DNA of 64,000 nucleotides from an uncultured delta proteobacterium. GTDB taxonomy: Bacteria > Myxococcota_A > Polyangia > Polyangiales > JAFGIB01. This document shows, in pieces, positions 62,621 to 64,000 of this stretch. Numbering within the stretch: the first letter of the stretch is position 1; each line of letters opens with the position of its first letter. A model generated the notes under the pieces. That model saw nothing but the letters and a program-made list of their open reading frames with translations. It was not told where the DNA came from and did not search any database. A program made the position numbers and the translations under genes. Location of the stretch: contig CAVZVA010000009.1 of NCBI GenBank assembly GCA_963778655.1, positions 736,001-800,000 of the forward strand, in the 5' to 3' direction.

Positions 62621-64000
62621 ATGCGGCGCTTCCTGATCCATACCTTCGGCTGCCAGATGAACGCGCACGACTCGCGGCGCATCGCCGAGGTGCTCGAGCG
62701 CGACGGCTACGCGCCGGCCGAGGCCGCCGAGGACGCCGACCTGATCGTGCTCAACACCTGCAGCGTGCGCGAGAAGGCCGAGCACAAGCTGCGCAGCGCG
62801 CTCGGCACCTTGCGCCCGCTCAAGCAGCGGCGCGGCGAGCTGTTGATCGCAGTCGCCGGCTGCATGGCGCAGGAGCACGGCGAAGGCTTGCTCGAGCGGC
62901 TCGACCTGGTCGACGTGCTGATCGGTCCCGACAACGTGCCCGAGCTGCCCGCGCTGCTGCGCGAGGCCGAGGCCGGCGGCACACCGCGCGCGCACGTCGC
63001 GCTCGACCTGGAGGCGCCGCGCTTTCTGCGCGCCAGCCCGCGTCCGGGACGGCCCGAGGTCTGCGCCTTCGTCACCGTCATGAAGGGCTGCGACGAGCGC
63101 TGCAGCTTCTGCATCGTGCCCTACACGCGCGGCGCCGAGCGCTACCGGCGCGGCGACGAGGTGCTGGACGAGGTGTCGGCGCTGGCGCGCGGCGGGGTGC
63201 GCGAGATCACCCTGCTCGGTCAGACCGTCAATTCCTGGCACGAGCCGGACGCGGCCGAGCCGGGCGCGCCTTCCCGCTTCGCCGCGCTGCTGCGCCGGAT
63301 CGCCGCCGAGGTGCCCGGGCTGGCGCGCGTGCGCTACACCTCGCCTCACCCGCGCCACGTCACTGCGGAGCTGGTGGCCGCGCACGCCGAGCTCGATCAG
63401 CTGCCCGCGCACGTGCATTTGCCCGTGCAGAGCGGCTCCGATCGCGTGCTCAAGCGCATGATCCGCCGCTACACCCGCAGCAGCTACCTCGAACGCGCCC
63501 GCGCGCTGCAGGCCGCGCGAGCCGGGCTCACGCTCTCGACCGACATCATCGTCGGCTTTCCGGGCGAGACCGAGCAGGACTTCGCGCAGACGCTCTCGCT
63601 GGTCGAGGAAGTGGGCTTCGTGGCGGCGTTCGGCTTCAAGTACTCGCCGCGCCCGCACACGCCCGCGCTCAAGCTCGAAGACGACGTGCCCGACGTGCTC
63701 AAGTCCGAGCGCCTGAGCCGCCTGTTCGAGCTGTGCGACCGCCTGCAGCAGCGCCACCTGCGCAGCCTGGTCGGCAGCCGGACGCGCGTGCTGATCGAAG
63801 GCCAGAGCCGCCGCCTCGATCTCGATCCGCCCGGGCCGCCGCCCGGCGCGCGCTTTACGGGCCGCAGCGAGCGCCACGAGATCGTGCACGTGGATGCGCC
63901 GCCCGGCTGCGATCTCACCGGCTGCTTGCTCGAGCTGCGCATCACCGCCGCCGGCAAGCGCTCGCTGCTCGGCGAGCCCGTCGGCGAGCTCCGGGCACAG
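62621..64000 (+). CDS. miaB: tRNA-2-methylthio-N6-dimethylallyladenosine synthase, 3' end outside window
   Basis: Manual translation: MRRFLIHTFGCQMN, NTCSVREKAE, GCDERCSFCIVPYTRG, DIIVGFPGETE. Absent from the ORF track because there is no stop in the window. Confidence 0.93.
   Translation, partial: MRRFLIHTFGCQMNAHDSRRIAEVLERDGYAPAEAAEDADLIVLNTCSVREKAEHKLRSALGTLRPLKQRRGELLIAVAGCMAQEHGEGLLERLDLVDVLIGPDNVPELPALLREAEAGGTPRAHVALDLEAPRFLRASPRPGRPEVCAFVTVMKGCDERCSFCIVPYTRGAERYRRGDEVLDEVSALARGGVREITLLGQTVNSWHEPDAAEPGAPSRFAALLRRIAAEVPGLARVRYTSPHPRHVTAELVAAHAELDQLPAHVHLPVQSGSDRVLKRMIRRYTRSSYLERARALQAARAGLTLSTDIIVGFPGETEQDFAQTLSLVEEVGFVAAFGFKYSPRPHTPALKLEDDVPDVLKSERLSRLFELCDRLQQRHLRSLVGSRTRVLIEGQSRRLDLDPPGPPPGARFTGRSERHEIVHVDAPPGCDLTGCLLELRITAAGKRSLLGEPVGELRAQ

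Noticed and set aside
62585..63889. 434-aa minus-strand ORF and other long antisense ORFs (e.g. 20348-23299, 28909-31272, 59791-62454)
   Set aside because: Shadow ORFs typical of high-GC DNA; the opposite strand carries recognisable genes.

Overview
GC-rich bacterial chromosomal segment; gene content suggests Myxococcota, probably Polyangia (inference, no search run). Mostly housekeeping genes: dnaG-rpoD-tRNA-Ile2(CAT), ilvE, yajC-secD-secF-recJ, tilS-ftsH-folP-cdaA-cdaR, glmM, tamA-tamB, nadC-birA-ygfZ, a Rieske/cytochrome b-c complex and miaB. The most interesting protein locus (2.4-10.5 kb) is a dsbD gene divergent from a three-gene unit: two hydrazine-synthase-alpha-like haem lipoproteins (one with atypical CX4CH/CX6CH motifs) flanking an exported CxxC HEAT protein. 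The non-coding DNA carries several families of small repeats: two G-rich double-hairpin tandem arrays sharing one core, three ~170-bp MITE-like elements at or near stop codons, a structured palindromic element inserted in frame into a signal peptide, and dispersed REP-like repeats. No transposase, integrase or cas gene is visible. Three single-base frameshifts (secD, tamB, an HD-GYP-like gene) all lie at or beside GATC and are probably sequencing errors.
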